Source of the DNA: a virus
Taxonomy: Duplodnaviria; Caudoviricetes
Strand: one strand, 5' to 3'
IMG/VR virus record: IMGVR_UViG_3300031820_000009
Coordinates: 1 to 44,303 of that record
Length of the DNA stretch: 44,303 nucleotides
This document shows positions 17,404 through 25,962 of this stretch, one piece after another. The notes under the pieces are model-generated. The model was not told the DNA's origin, ran no database searches, and saw nothing but the letters and a program-made list of their open reading frames with translations. How positions within the stretch are numbered: the first letter of the stretch is position 1; every line of letters starts with the position of its first letter. The translations under genes and the position numbers were made by a program.

Positions 17404-18417
17404 ATGGAGAAGGTCATGAGGGAATATCGATTCGACGAAGCGTCGCCCGAGTACCAGGACATGTACTCCGCCGTCCAGAGTTGGCAATTGCCCGGCAACA
17501 ACGGCGAGCGCATGGACGCGGGAGAGACTGCGACCATTACAAGGCAGCTCCTCTACGTCAAGGCCAAAACCTACGATGTAAAGTATCCGATGTTCAAGGC
17601 GCGAGATTTTATCCCAGTTTCGCACGACGTTCCGTCGGGCGCGGAGACGTGGGATTACTGGCAATGGGACATGTACGGTATGGCGAAGATCATCGCCAAC
17701 TACGCCACCGATTTCCCACGCGCCGACGTGGTCAAGAGACCATTTTCGCATGCTGTCAAGTCGTTGGGAAGTTCTTACGGATACACGATCCAGGACCTTC
17801 GACGAGTCGCTTTTATGGGGGGCCAGGGTGGCGGACAGCTTGACGTAAAGCGCGCCGCTGCTGCACGGCGCGCACTCGAAGCGGCCATCGATGATATCGC
17901 CGCTGTTGGCAATGCGGATGCCGGATTCGACGGATTCGTGAACAACCCGAACGTTCCGATCTTGGCCGCGCCGACGGGGACGTGGACGACTGCAACTGCG
18001 CTTGAGATTCTCGGCGACATGAACGCGCTCGTGCAGAAGATCATCGATCAGAGCAACGAGGTAGAAATCCCGGATACGATGTTGTTCCCGACGGCCGAGT
18101 TTCAGATCGTCACCCAAACCCCGTTCTCGACGCTCGCCGATCGCACCATCGCGTCGTGGTTCCTGATCAACAATCCATATATCCAAGATATGGATCAGTG
18201 GATCAAGCTCAAGAATCAGAATGCCGGGCACACTGGTGGGCGTGTGGTCTGCTATCGCCGCGACGAAGAGGTTCTTTGGCTGGAGATTCCTCAGGAGTTC
18301 GAGCAGTTCGCGGCTGACAAAGAAGGCGCGGAGTACACGATCCCTTGCCACATGCGGGTTGGCGGCGTCGCTTGGGCTTATCCTCTCGCGGGCTGTTACA
18401 TGGACGGTACTTCGTAG
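17404..18417 (+). CDS. Major capsid protein (HK97 fold, DUF2184/encapsulin-like family)
   Basis: G.AKII..YA.DFPR.D, YGYT..DL..A, AARRA.E, GFVNNPN and terminal YP.A..YMDG; start may be ATG 17416. Confidence 0.9.
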   Translation: MEKVMREYRFDEASPEYQDMYSAVQSWQLPGNNGERMDAGETATITRQLLYVKAKTYDVKYPMFKARDFIPVSHDVPSGAETWDYWQWDMYGMAKIIANYATDFPRADVVKRPFSHAVKSLGSSYGYTIQDLRRVAFMGGQGGGQLDVKRAAAARRALEAAIDDIAAVGNADAGFDGFVNNPNVPILAAPTGTWTTATALEILGDMNALVQKIIDQSNEVEIPDTMLFPTAEFQIVTQTPFSTLADRTIASWFLINNPYIQDMDQWIKLKNQNAGHTGGRVVCYRRDEEVLWLEIPQEFEQFAADKEGAEYTIPCHMRVGGVAWAYPLAGCYMDGTS

Positions 18418-18432
18418 TTCGTTTCTTCAACA

Positions 18433-18460
18433 GCAGACTCGTCGTCCTCGACGAGCCTGC
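18433..18460 (+). other. Hairpin downstream of the capsid gene (possible mRNA stability or attenuation element)
   Basis: GCAG-A-CTCGTCG-TCCT-CGACGAG-C-CTGC. Confidence 0.5.
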
Positions 18461-18477
18461 GATTGGAGGCACGAGCC

Positions 18478-18912
18478 ATGCGCCAGAAAATCAGTCGTCG
18501 GCTTACTTTCATCGCTGCTGTACTTGGCGTGTGTGCGATCGTTGGCGTCGCTGGCGCACAGCTCTATCCGCAGGTGTTCAACTTCGTCGACGTGAAGTCG
18601 GATGGCACTCGTGTCCGCCTGTTCGGAAACAACGGCGTCAAGGTTCACTATTTGAACTTCAAGGGCGGCGCGACTATCAACACCGGCACGAGCGCGCTCG
18701 ACGTCGGCGGAAACTTCGCCACCTCAAACGTCACCGTGAAGTACCTCGATCTGACGCCGAGCCCGACGCCCACGCCGAGTCCCTCGCAGGTGTGCACTCC
18801 CGAGGGGCGCCTTGCCACGTGGGCTGGATCTGCGACGCAGAAGAGCGTCACCTACCAATGTTGTCAGGACGGCGCGGGGCACATCTACTGGAAGCTCGGG
18901 CTCTGCCCGTAA
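18478..18912 (+). CDS. Secreted-type protein with an N-terminal signal peptide
   Basis: GGAGG SD; MRQKISRR + hydrophobic core + AGA|Q; PT/PS linker; Cys-containing C-terminal domain. Confidence 0.7.
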   Translation: MRQKISRRLTFIAAVLGVCAIVGVAGAQLYPQVFNFVDVKSDGTRVRLFGNNGVKVHYLNFKGGATINTGTSALDVGGNFATSNVTVKYLDLTPSPTPTPSPSQVCTPEGRLATWAGSATQKSVTYQCCQDGAGHIYWKLGLCP

Positions 18913-18924
18913 GGAGATCGCAAA

Positions 18925-19494
18925 TTGGAAAACGACGCCGCCAAGGGGAAGAAGGTCACCGATGCCAAGCTGCCGCCGCTCGCGAACGCGGCTGTCGAAT
19001 CGGTGTCCGCCGACGATGAGCAGGAAGTGGAAGCGCCCGCCACGCTCGTGCGCGTGATGAACAAGTGTCCGCGCCTGCTCCACCTGCCGGACAAGATCGC
19101 CACCTCGAATGGTCCTGAGGGCCCGCGCATCGTCGGAATCGGCACTGGCAAGAGCCTGGTTCCGGGCGGCAACAACGTGCCACGCGATTTGTGGGAGGCG
19201 CTCAAGGGGCAGCCGTACGGTGCGCCGCTCGCGAAGAGCGCCGAGGGCCACAAGACGGTGCGTGAGTGGATTCGGATCGGATACCTTGTCGAAGAGGGCG
19301 ACGCCACTCAACCCGAGGGGCCGGAGGCGCCGAAGAATCTCCTCGGCTATGGCGTCAGTACCGCGCAGACGCTCATCGAGGGCGAGGATGATGCGAGCAT
19401 TCTCGCTCGGTGGCTGAAAGCTGAGAACCGACCCGATGTGCAGGCGGCGCTCAAGAAGCGCATGCAGGCCGTCGGCGGAAAGTCGCGCAACTAA
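18925..19494 (+). CDS. Hypothetical head-associated protein
   Basis: AAGGAG SD with TTG start; L.PG.N.V...W motif; post-capsid position. Confidence 0.6.
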   Translation: MENDAAKGKKVTDAKLPPLANAAVESVSADDEQEVEAPATLVRVMNKCPRLLHLPDKIATSNGPEGPRIVGIGTGKSLVPGGNNVPRDLWEALKGQPYGAPLAKSAEGHKTVREWIRIGYLVEEGDATQPEGPEAPKNLLGYGVSTAQTLIEGEDDASILARWLKAENRPDVQAALKKRMQAVGGKSRN

Positions 19495-19504
19495 CGGAGT
19501 CGAT

Positions 19505-19786
19505 GTGGCGGTGACAGTAGCGTCATTCAAATCAGCCTTCCCCGAGTTCGCGGACGCGCCGACCGGATTGGTGCAGGCGAAGCTGACCGACTCCGCGCAG
19601 CTCTGTCCACTTGTTCCTTGGGGCGCGCTGCAAGATCAGGGTGTCTCTTACTACACGGCGCAGGCACTCGCGCTGAGTCCATTCGCCCGCAAGATGGCGC
19701 TCGCGGACAAGGACGGCGTGACTATCTACGACGATCGGCTGACACTGCTCAAGCGGATGGTCACCGCTGGATTCCGGGTGGTCTGA
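19505..19786 (+). CDS. Head-tail adaptor (DUF4054-like)
   Basis: FKSAFPEF motif, W....QGV.YYTA..L; GGAG SD before GTG 19505. Confidence 0.75.
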   Translation: MAVTVASFKSAFPEFADAPTGLVQAKLTDSAQLCPLVPWGALQDQGVSYYTAQALALSPFARKMALADKDGVTIYDDRLTLLKRMVTAGFRVV

Positions 19787-20349
19787 TGGTTCGCGTAGTT
19801 CTACGTGTGGACGCGACGGTCCTTGAGCGCGCCAAAGCGTTGCTCAAAGGGGCGCCGAAGAAGGTGCGACAACATCGTCTTTCCGTCGGCATCCACGAAC
19901 AAGAAGCGAGCGAAAAACCGATCAAGGTCGGCTCGCGAAAGGCAAACACCGACCGCGCAAAGAAGAATTACCGAGGGGGCGAATCTCACTCGTATCTAAT
20001 TGACGTGGCCGCCGTCCACGAGTTTGGCTCGGGTTGGGCGAATCTCCCCGAGCGTTCGTGGTTGCGTTCTTGGTTCGATCTCAATCTTGATCGACTGGAG
20101 CGAGAGGCGACGAGCGCAATGCATGCTGAGTACGCAGGCGACAAGGAGGCGGTCACGTCGCTAGCCGGGAAATGGAGCGACGAACTACGACATTGGATTT
20201 CATCCGACGTTGCCAGGCTCGCGCCGCTTGCAGAGAGCACCGAAAAGGCGCGCGCCGCCGCTGGGCTCCCCGCCGGCCCCCCGCTTTACGCCACACACCA
20301 GCTTGTAGACGCTATTCGTGGGCTCGCTGACGGTCGCTACATACGATGA
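19786..20349 (+). CDS. Neck/tail-completion protein
   Basis: VGI, VAAVHEFG, PERSWLR, APLAEST and PLY.T.QL...I motifs; TGATG coupling. Confidence 0.75.
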   Translation: MVRVVLRVDATVLERAKALLKGAPKKVRQHRLSVGIHEQEASEKPIKVGSRKANTDRAKKNYRGGESHSYLIDVAAVHEFGSGWANLPERSWLRSWFDLNLDRLEREATSAMHAEYAGDKEAVTSLAGKWSDELRHWISSDVARLAPLAESTEKARAAAGLPAGPPLYATHQLVDAIRGLADGRYIR

Positions 20350-20951
20350 TCGACTGGGCGCAGATCAAGGAGATGGCGCACGCGATCATCTCAGATCTGA
20401 CCGATCTTGGGCCGGAACGTGTACGTTGGCGAGATGAAACGGAGGGCGCCGAGTGGGCCGACGATCCAGTCATCTACTTGGCGATCCGCGACGTACGAAC
20501 ATTGGGCAGCGACGAGGAGCTGCGTGAGAATGCGCTGACGGAAGATGGGGTTCTGCTCGACGTAGATCAGACGGTCGTGATCTCCGCGCAGAAGCTGTTC
20601 ACGCTGAGTCTCCAGTGCGAATCCTTTTCGCAGGACGTTTCAGATGGGCGCCATGCGGGGGCGATCTTAGACAAGTTTGTGACGCGTCTCTCGCGATCGA
20701 CCACCATCGAACGCTTGCGCGGAATCTTCGCGGTGACCGACTCGACTCCGCCGCTCAACATAGGCGTCGTCGATGAAGACCGCAAGCTAAGCGTTTATGC
20801 CATGGACCTTTTTTGCGCAACCGTGGATAATGACCTTGACGATTCGGCAGGTTCGGGCGGCTTCATCGACGAAATCGAAATTGAGGGGATCGTCGATGAT
20901 GCTGGAACCGATCGAGCAGTGAACTTGGATATCAAAGGAGACGCGCCATGA
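20346..20951 (+). CDS. Tail terminator / neck protein
   Basis: Position directly before the sheath gene; ATGA overlaps. Confidence 0.6.
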   Translation: MIDWAQIKEMAHAIISDLTDLGPERVRWRDETEGAEWADDPVIYLAIRDVRTLGSDEELRENALTEDGVLLDVDQTVVISAQKLFTLSLQCESFSQDVSDGRHAGAILDKFVTRLSRSTTIERLRGIFAVTDSTPPLNIGVVDEDRKLSVYAMDLFCATVDNDLDDSAGSGGFIDEIEIEGIVDDAGTDRAVNLDIKGDAP

Positions 20952-22294
20952 GTAACGTCGATCAAGTAGTCTCCGTCGATATCTCCGCAGTCGGTGCGGT
21001 GCCGTCGGTGCCGGGCACCTCAATCGGCGCCTTCGCGGGTTATCATACCGCGTGGACAGACCTGATCCGCACGTATCAAGACGCGTCGGACATGCTGGCG
21101 GATGGCTTCACCACCAATTCACCGCTCTATTTGATGGCGCTCGCGTGGTGCTCGCAGAATCCGCATCCTTCGCAGTTCAAGATTATTCGCCTGACCGGCG
21201 ACTATCAGCAGGTCTTGCATTTCACCGTGACCGATACGCAGGCTGGACACATCGTTGGCCTCGTTCTGACGGACGCGTCGGGCGTCACGCACTCGATTCA
21301 GCACACGAACACATCGGGGCAAACCGCCGCGCAGATCGCAACTGCACTCGCGGCGCTCACCGCGTCGGGGGCGACCATCGCGGTTGATGGCAGCATCAAC
21401 ACCCAGGTTAACATCACTATCACGACGCATCACAACCTTTGGTATCCATCGAGCGTCTCGGGCGGCACGTTCGAAGACGTGACCGCAGCTCCCGCAACCA
21501 ACGATATCGCCACTGACCTTGCGGCAGCCGCGCTCGTCGACGGCGACTTCTACGGCGTCGCCACGCCGTTCATGAGCGACGCCGCGATTCAGGCCGTTGC
21601 GATCTGGGCGGAGGCTAATGGACGATTCCATAGCTACGGGACGCCCAACACCAACAACGTCGATACCAGCAATCTCGGGATTTTTCAGACCTGCGAAACT
21701 GCTGGATACGAGCGCACGATCGGCGCTTTCACCGGGACGCCGCGAACCTATATCGGCGTCGCGGCCATGTCGCAGTTGCTCGTCGCTGATCCAGGCTCGA
21801 CGACGCTCGACGCTAAGACGATGGCGGCTGTCCCCGTCGATGCGCTTACCTCGACGCAAATCCACAATGCAGGGCAGTTCGTCGACCCCGCGACGAAGAA
21901 TGGCAACGTCTACATCACGATCGCTGCGACGAGCAATTACACCGACGGGCGGATGGCGTCGGGGACCTATGCCGATGTTCGCGTCGGGATTGATGGGTTG
22001 TCGCGAGACATGCAGGTCGCAGTGTTCGCGCTCAAGCGCCGGCTGCCCAAGCTCCCGTACACCCGAAAGGGGATTGGGATGATCGCTGCCGAAATGAAGG
22101 CGAGCCTCCTTCGTTTCGTGGCGAATGGCTTCCTCTCCAATGAAGCGGGCAGTGAGCCGATCGTGCTGCCGCCACAGTTTGAACTGATTAGCAGCACCGA
22201 CAAGAGCAAACGCAAGCTCAAAGCGATGAAGTTTACCGCCGTCGCACAAGGCGCGATTCAAAGCGTGCAGATTCAAGGAACGATCACCTTCTGA
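20948..22294 (+). CDS. Contractile tail sheath (DUF3383-like)
   Basis: V.VDIS N-terminus, SQNP.P, GNVY, GRMASG.Y.D..VG.D, KLPYT..GI, AQGAI.SV.I.G. Confidence 0.88.
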   Translation: MSNVDQVVSVDISAVGAVPSVPGTSIGAFAGYHTAWTDLIRTYQDASDMLADGFTTNSPLYLMALAWCSQNPHPSQFKIIRLTGDYQQVLHFTVTDTQAGHIVGLVLTDASGVTHSIQHTNTSGQTAAQIATALAALTASGATIAVDGSINTQVNITITTHHNLWYPSSVSGGTFEDVTAAPATNDIATDLAAAALVDGDFYGVATPFMSDAAIQAVAIWAEANGRFHSYGTPNTNNVDTSNLGIFQTCETAGYERTIGAFTGTPRTYIGVAAMSQLLVADPGSTTLDAKTMAAVPVDALTSTQIHNAGQFVDPATKNGNVYITIAATSNYTDGRMASGTYADVRVGIDGLSRDMQVAVFALKRRLPKLPYTRKGIGMIAAEMKASLLRFVANGFLSNEAGSEPIVLPPQFELISSTDKSKRKLKAMKFTAVAQGAIQSVQIQGTITF

Positions 22295-22308
22295 TAGGAG
22301 CGTCGACC

Positions 22309-22743
22309 ATGGCGTCACGTGCAGCGTTTTACGACCCCGATCAGATCCTCTGCTACTTCAACGGCGTTCTCGTTCAGGGGTTCGCGGACGATGAGGCGAT
22401 TGCCGTTGAGCCGATGAGCGATGCGTTCGAAGAAGTTGTGGGCGTCGACGGAGAAGTGGCGCGTAGCAAGAGCAATGATCGCCGCATCAAAGTGACAGTC
22501 AAGCTGTTGCAGACCTCGACCACCAACGCAGCTTTCTCCGCCATCCACAACACCGATCTCAACTCGCAAAACGGCGCTGGCGTCGGCGCGTTCTCCCTGA
22601 AAGATCTACAGGGGGGGACAATTGTCGAAGGTCCGCAAGCGTGGATCAAGAGCATGCCCGCTGCGAGCTTCGCACGCACCGCGAAGTCACGTGAGTGGGT
22701 CATCATCGTTGCGGTTGGAACGCGCACCGAGGGCGGCAACTGA
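22309..22743 (+). CDS. Tail tube protein (DUF3277-like)
   Basis: YDP, GFADD..I, VGVDGE..RS, LLQTS..N, REW motifs; follows the sheath gene. Confidence 0.88.
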   Translation: MASRAAFYDPDQILCYFNGVLVQGFADDEAIAVEPMSDAFEEVVGVDGEVARSKSNDRRIKVTVKLLQTSTTNAAFSAIHNTDLNSQNGAGVGAFSLKDLQGGTIVEGPQAWIKSMPAASFARTAKSREWVIIVAVGTRTEGGN

Positions 22744-23300
22744 TGAGCGCGATGCTGGAAGAGCGCACGCAGGAGCGTGAGATTGGCGGAATCTTGTATA
22801 AGGCGCAGCCTGTCGCATTTGGTCTAGGGCTCCGCTCACTCAACCGTCTCATCAAGGTACTCGCGCCGCTGATTGCGGCGAGTCTACGTGAAGGCCGCGC
22901 CAGTGATCGCGCAGCGTCGTTGCTGGAACTGTTACCCGCGAGCCTGACCGACGATGATATCGACTACTTCCGCACGGTCTTCGGCGGCGCGTCGTGGTAC
23001 ATGGACGGCGAACCAACCAACTGGATCCCCTTGGTCAAAACTTCGGGAAAGAACGCAATCGATCACCAAGAGCTACATTTCGCCGGGCGCTATCCCGAAT
23101 TCCTCGAATGGCTTGTTTTCTGCGTCGAGGTAAATTACGGCGGTTTTTTCAATGGCGTCACGAGCGAGGAGAACGTGGCGCCGGGGGTAGCGGAGTCGAA
23201 ACCCACAGCGGGCGGTATCTTCGGGACCCTCGCAGCGGTGATCAGGGGAGAAAAGAATTCGCCCCCGACCCGTGGCGGTGGTTCGAGTGGCGAGTCTTGA
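22743..23300 (+). CDS. Tail assembly chaperone
   Basis: HFAG.Y, VEVNYGGFF; lies between tube and tape measure genes. Confidence 0.8.
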   Translation: MSAMLEERTQEREIGGILYKAQPVAFGLGLRSLNRLIKVLAPLIAASLREGRASDRAASLLELLPASLTDDDIDYFRTVFGGASWYMDGEPTNWIPLVKTSGKNAIDHQELHFAGRYPEFLEWLVFCVEVNYGGFFNGVTSEENVAPGVAESKPTAGGIFGTLAAVIRGEKNSPPTRGGGSSGES

Positions 23301-23425
23301 CGCACGATCTGATCACAGTCTCGCGATACGAAATGCACACGCATTGGTGCATTGACGACGTATGCGAAGCACATGATATGCTAGATCAGATCGACGAAGC
23401 GCGCCGCCCTACGGAGAGAACCTAG
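23144..23425 (+). CDS. Predicted -1 frameshift extension of the tail assembly chaperone (G-T type product)
   Basis: Slippery T-TTT-TTC at 23144-23150 in the chaperone frame; the -1 frame is open to TAG 23425 and ends in WCIDDVCEAHDMLD. Confidence 0.65.
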   Translation, partial: FFQWRHERGERGAGGSGVETHSGRYLRDPRSGDQGRKEFAPDPWRWFEWRVLTHDLITVSRYEMHTHWCIDDVCEAHDMLDQIDEARRPTERT

Positions 23426-23428
23426 CGC

Positions 23429-24949
23429 ATGGCCGGCCCTGGCGGAGTCCTCCGTGAGCTGATCGCGGTCTTTGGCTTCGACGTCGATACGGAGGGCCTC
23501 AAAGAAGGCGAGTCCAAGCTCAATCAATTTATCGGTCGACTCGGAAAGCTGGCGGAAGGCATTGCTGCCGCTTTCGCTGTCGACGCGATTCGAGATTTTG
23601 CCGACGAACAAGCGCGGCTCCTTGATCAAATTGACGACACGGCCGCTGCCCTCGGCATCTCCGCAGAGCGAGTGCAGCAATTTCAATTTGCTTCCCGCGC
23701 CATGGGCGACGACGCGGAGAAGCTTCTCAACTTGATGGGGCGTCTTCAAGTCAGCCAGCAAGCGGCGGCGCAAGGAAGCGGCGAGGTTGCAAAAGCTTTT
23801 TCAGGTATCCCCCTCAAGGATCTTCACGGGAAACTCAAACCTGTCGATGAACTATTTCTCGATGTGGCAGAGAAGATCAAAGGGCTCAAAGACCCAAGCA
23901 AGGCGGCGGCAATCGCTACACAATTGTTTGGGCGATCTGGCCGTGAACTTCTTCCTTTTCTGAAAGAGGGCCGTAAGGGGTTCGCAGATCTCGTCGAAGA
24001 ATATAACGCTTTGGGCGGCGGATATCCTAAAAAGGCGATCGAGCGCGGAGGAGAATTCCAAAAGCAAACAGCGCGGCTAGACCTAGCGATCAAAAGCCTC
24101 AAGGGTACGATCCTCGTCAGTCTCTATCCTGTCCTGAACGTAATCGTCAACGCCTTCACCCAAGCTGTCGTTTGGTTTCGCGAGCTATCCAAGCAGAGCG
24201 AGATTGTTCGCGCCTCTCTTGGGGTTTTAGGCGCGGCAGCCACCGCTTTCGGAATCAAACTCGCGATCGACTTCGCGCCCGTCCTGCTCGTCGCTGCCGC
24301 GCTCGCCGCGCTTGTCCTTATCGTCGACGACCTGATGGTTCTGTTCGAGGGCGGGGACTCCGCGATTGGCGAAGCAATTGATAAGATGTTCGGCAAGGAC
24401 GCGCGTCTCGACGTGGTCCAAGATCTCCGTGACATTTGGCAGGGAATCGGAACCGCGATCAAAACTTCGTGGGATTACGCCGTCAAATTCTTCACTGCGC
24501 TCACCGAGTACGGAGGCGCGCTCGGAGACTTTCTCGGTCGCGTCAACAACGCCTTCGGCGCCGAGGGGAAAAAGACGCAGCGCGAGATCGTGATCAATAA
24601 GCTAGATGCCGAACAGCGCGCCCAAGTCACGACACGGGAATCCCGCCGGAGGCAAACAGATCGCATCGAGCGCGAGGTATTCGGTGCGCAGCCAACCACC
24701 CCAACGAATGTGGCCCAAGAGTTTGCACCGTACACTGCGCCGGATTTCGCTCCGCTGATCAGCACACCTCCGCCAGCGCAAGCGAATGATTACGTATCAG
24801 TGGGCGACGTAAAAGTGGAAGTGCACGCGGCTCCGGGAATGGACGAGAAAAAGCTAGCTGAGCACACCGCAAACGAATTTCGCAAGCTCGCCAAACAAGA
24901 ACGTCGCGCCGCTAAGGCGACGTTCCAAACTGCGACGGCGCAGAAGTGA
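23429..24949 (+). CDS. Tape measure protein (short, 506 aa)
   Basis: LREL...FGFDVD N-terminus, helical Ala-rich body, hydrophobic segment with DDL..LFEGGDSAIG. Confidence 0.88.
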   Translation: MAGPGGVLRELIAVFGFDVDTEGLKEGESKLNQFIGRLGKLAEGIAAAFAVDAIRDFADEQARLLDQIDDTAAALGISAERVQQFQFASRAMGDDAEKLLNLMGRLQVSQQAAAQGSGEVAKAFSGIPLKDLHGKLKPVDELFLDVAEKIKGLKDPSKAAAIATQLFGRSGRELLPFLKEGRKGFADLVEEYNALGGGYPKKAIERGGEFQKQTARLDLAIKSLKGTILVSLYPVLNVIVNAFTQAVVWFRELSKQSEIVRASLGVLGAAATAFGIKLAIDFAPVLLVAAALAALVLIVDDLMVLFEGGDSAIGEAIDKMFGKDARLDVVQDLRDIWQGIGTAIKTSWDYAVKFFTALTEYGGALGDFLGRVNNAFGAEGKKTQREIVINKLDAEQRAQVTTRESRRRQTDRIEREVFGAQPTTPTNVAQEFAPYTAPDFAPLISTPPPAQANDYVSVGDVKVEVHAAPGMDEKKLAEHTANEFRKLAKQERRAAKATFQTATAQK

Positions 24950-24955
24950 CGAACG

Positions 24956-25615
24956 ATGGCCGCCCCGCAAAAAGTCTTGCTCTCCTGGTTTCTGGAGGGG
25001 TCGGGAACGACGGGGCAAGTTCTGCTCGACGCATCGATCACAGAGCAGCACACACTCGGAGCTGAGGTAACATCTCATCGCGTCGAGAAGGGACCTAACG
25101 TCTCCGATCACATTCGCGCGTTGCCTAGGTCACTCGTGCTTGAGGCGCTCGTCACGAACCATCCTCTCGACGTTCCCGGTACACAAGCCGACGGCGTCAC
25201 CGGCTCAGTGCAGGACATATCGGCAATGGTCGAGGGCAAAGCGATCAAATACCGTGCGTTCAAGTTTGAGGGCAGTCTCGATCGCGTTCGCACAGTGTTC
25301 GGAGATCTCGCGGATGCTTTGCAAACCGGAGCGTTGTTCGCAGTGACCACGACGCTCAAGCGCTACGAGAATCTAGCCGCTCGAAATCTTGCTGTCCAAC
25401 GCGCTGTTGGCAGCGGCAACAGCCTTCGAATCACTATCGATTGGCAAGAAGTAATCATTGTTGAGACAGATGCGGTCGCCGCGCTACCCCCCAAGACACA
25501 ACCGAAGAAACGCGGCAGCCAAACCGGAAATCAACTAGATCCGAATAAAAAGGAAGACGAAAAGAAAATCAGTATTATTCAGAAGGCGCGATCTGTTCTG
25601 GGAGCTTTCAAGTGA
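24956..25615 (+). CDS. Baseplate/tube initiator (Dit-like)
   Basis: LDAS..E.H......T.H.VE.G..VSDH motif; follows the tape measure gene. Confidence 0.75.
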   Translation: MAAPQKVLLSWFLEGSGTTGQVLLDASITEQHTLGAEVTSHRVEKGPNVSDHIRALPRSLVLEALVTNHPLDVPGTQADGVTGSVQDISAMVEGKAIKYRAFKFEGSLDRVRTVFGDLADALQTGALFAVTTTLKRYENLAARNLAVQRAVGSGNSLRITIDWQEVIIVETDAVAALPPKTQPKKRGSQTGNQLDPNKKEDEKKISIIQKARSVLGAFK

Positions 25616-25962
25616 TCGTCGAGATCAACACCGAGTTTTCTGAGCAGATTACCGATTCGGCGCTGCAACGTGTCGACGAGCAGCTTGTTCAGCTCGACGG
25701 CGTAGAGTACCTTCTCCGATTCGTTTGGGCGCCCCGCGAGCAAGCATATTATCTCAGCTTGCTCGATCAAGATGAGAATCCCCTCGCGCTTTCGATTCGC
25801 CTGAACATCAATGCTCCTCTGTTGCGGCGATTCCGCGATCCGCGCCTGCCTCCAGGGAGCTTGCTCTGCGTCGATCTAAGCGATCGTGGCGCGGAGATCA
25901 CGCAACCCTCAGATTTAGGGCAACGTGTGATCCTCGCCTATGTTACGGCGGACGAACCGTGA
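25612..25962 (+). CDS. Small baseplate protein
   Basis: V.LDG..Y.LRF.W..R...YYLS motif; position in the baseplate operon. Confidence 0.7.
   Translation: MIVEINTEFSEQITDSALQRVDEQLVQLDGVEYLLRFVWAPREQAYYLSLLDQDENPLALSIRLNINAPLLRRFRDPRLPPGSLLCVDLSDRGAEITQPSDLGQRVILAYVTADEP

Noticed and set aside
17404-18417. Bacterial encapsulin or linocin
   Set aside because: Sits in a full phage head operon with terminase, portal and protease
10414-22318. Long antisense ORFs (10414-11673, 16528-18351, 21119-22318)
   Set aside because: They shadow well-supported genes, have no recognisable motifs, and are expected in GC-rich DNA
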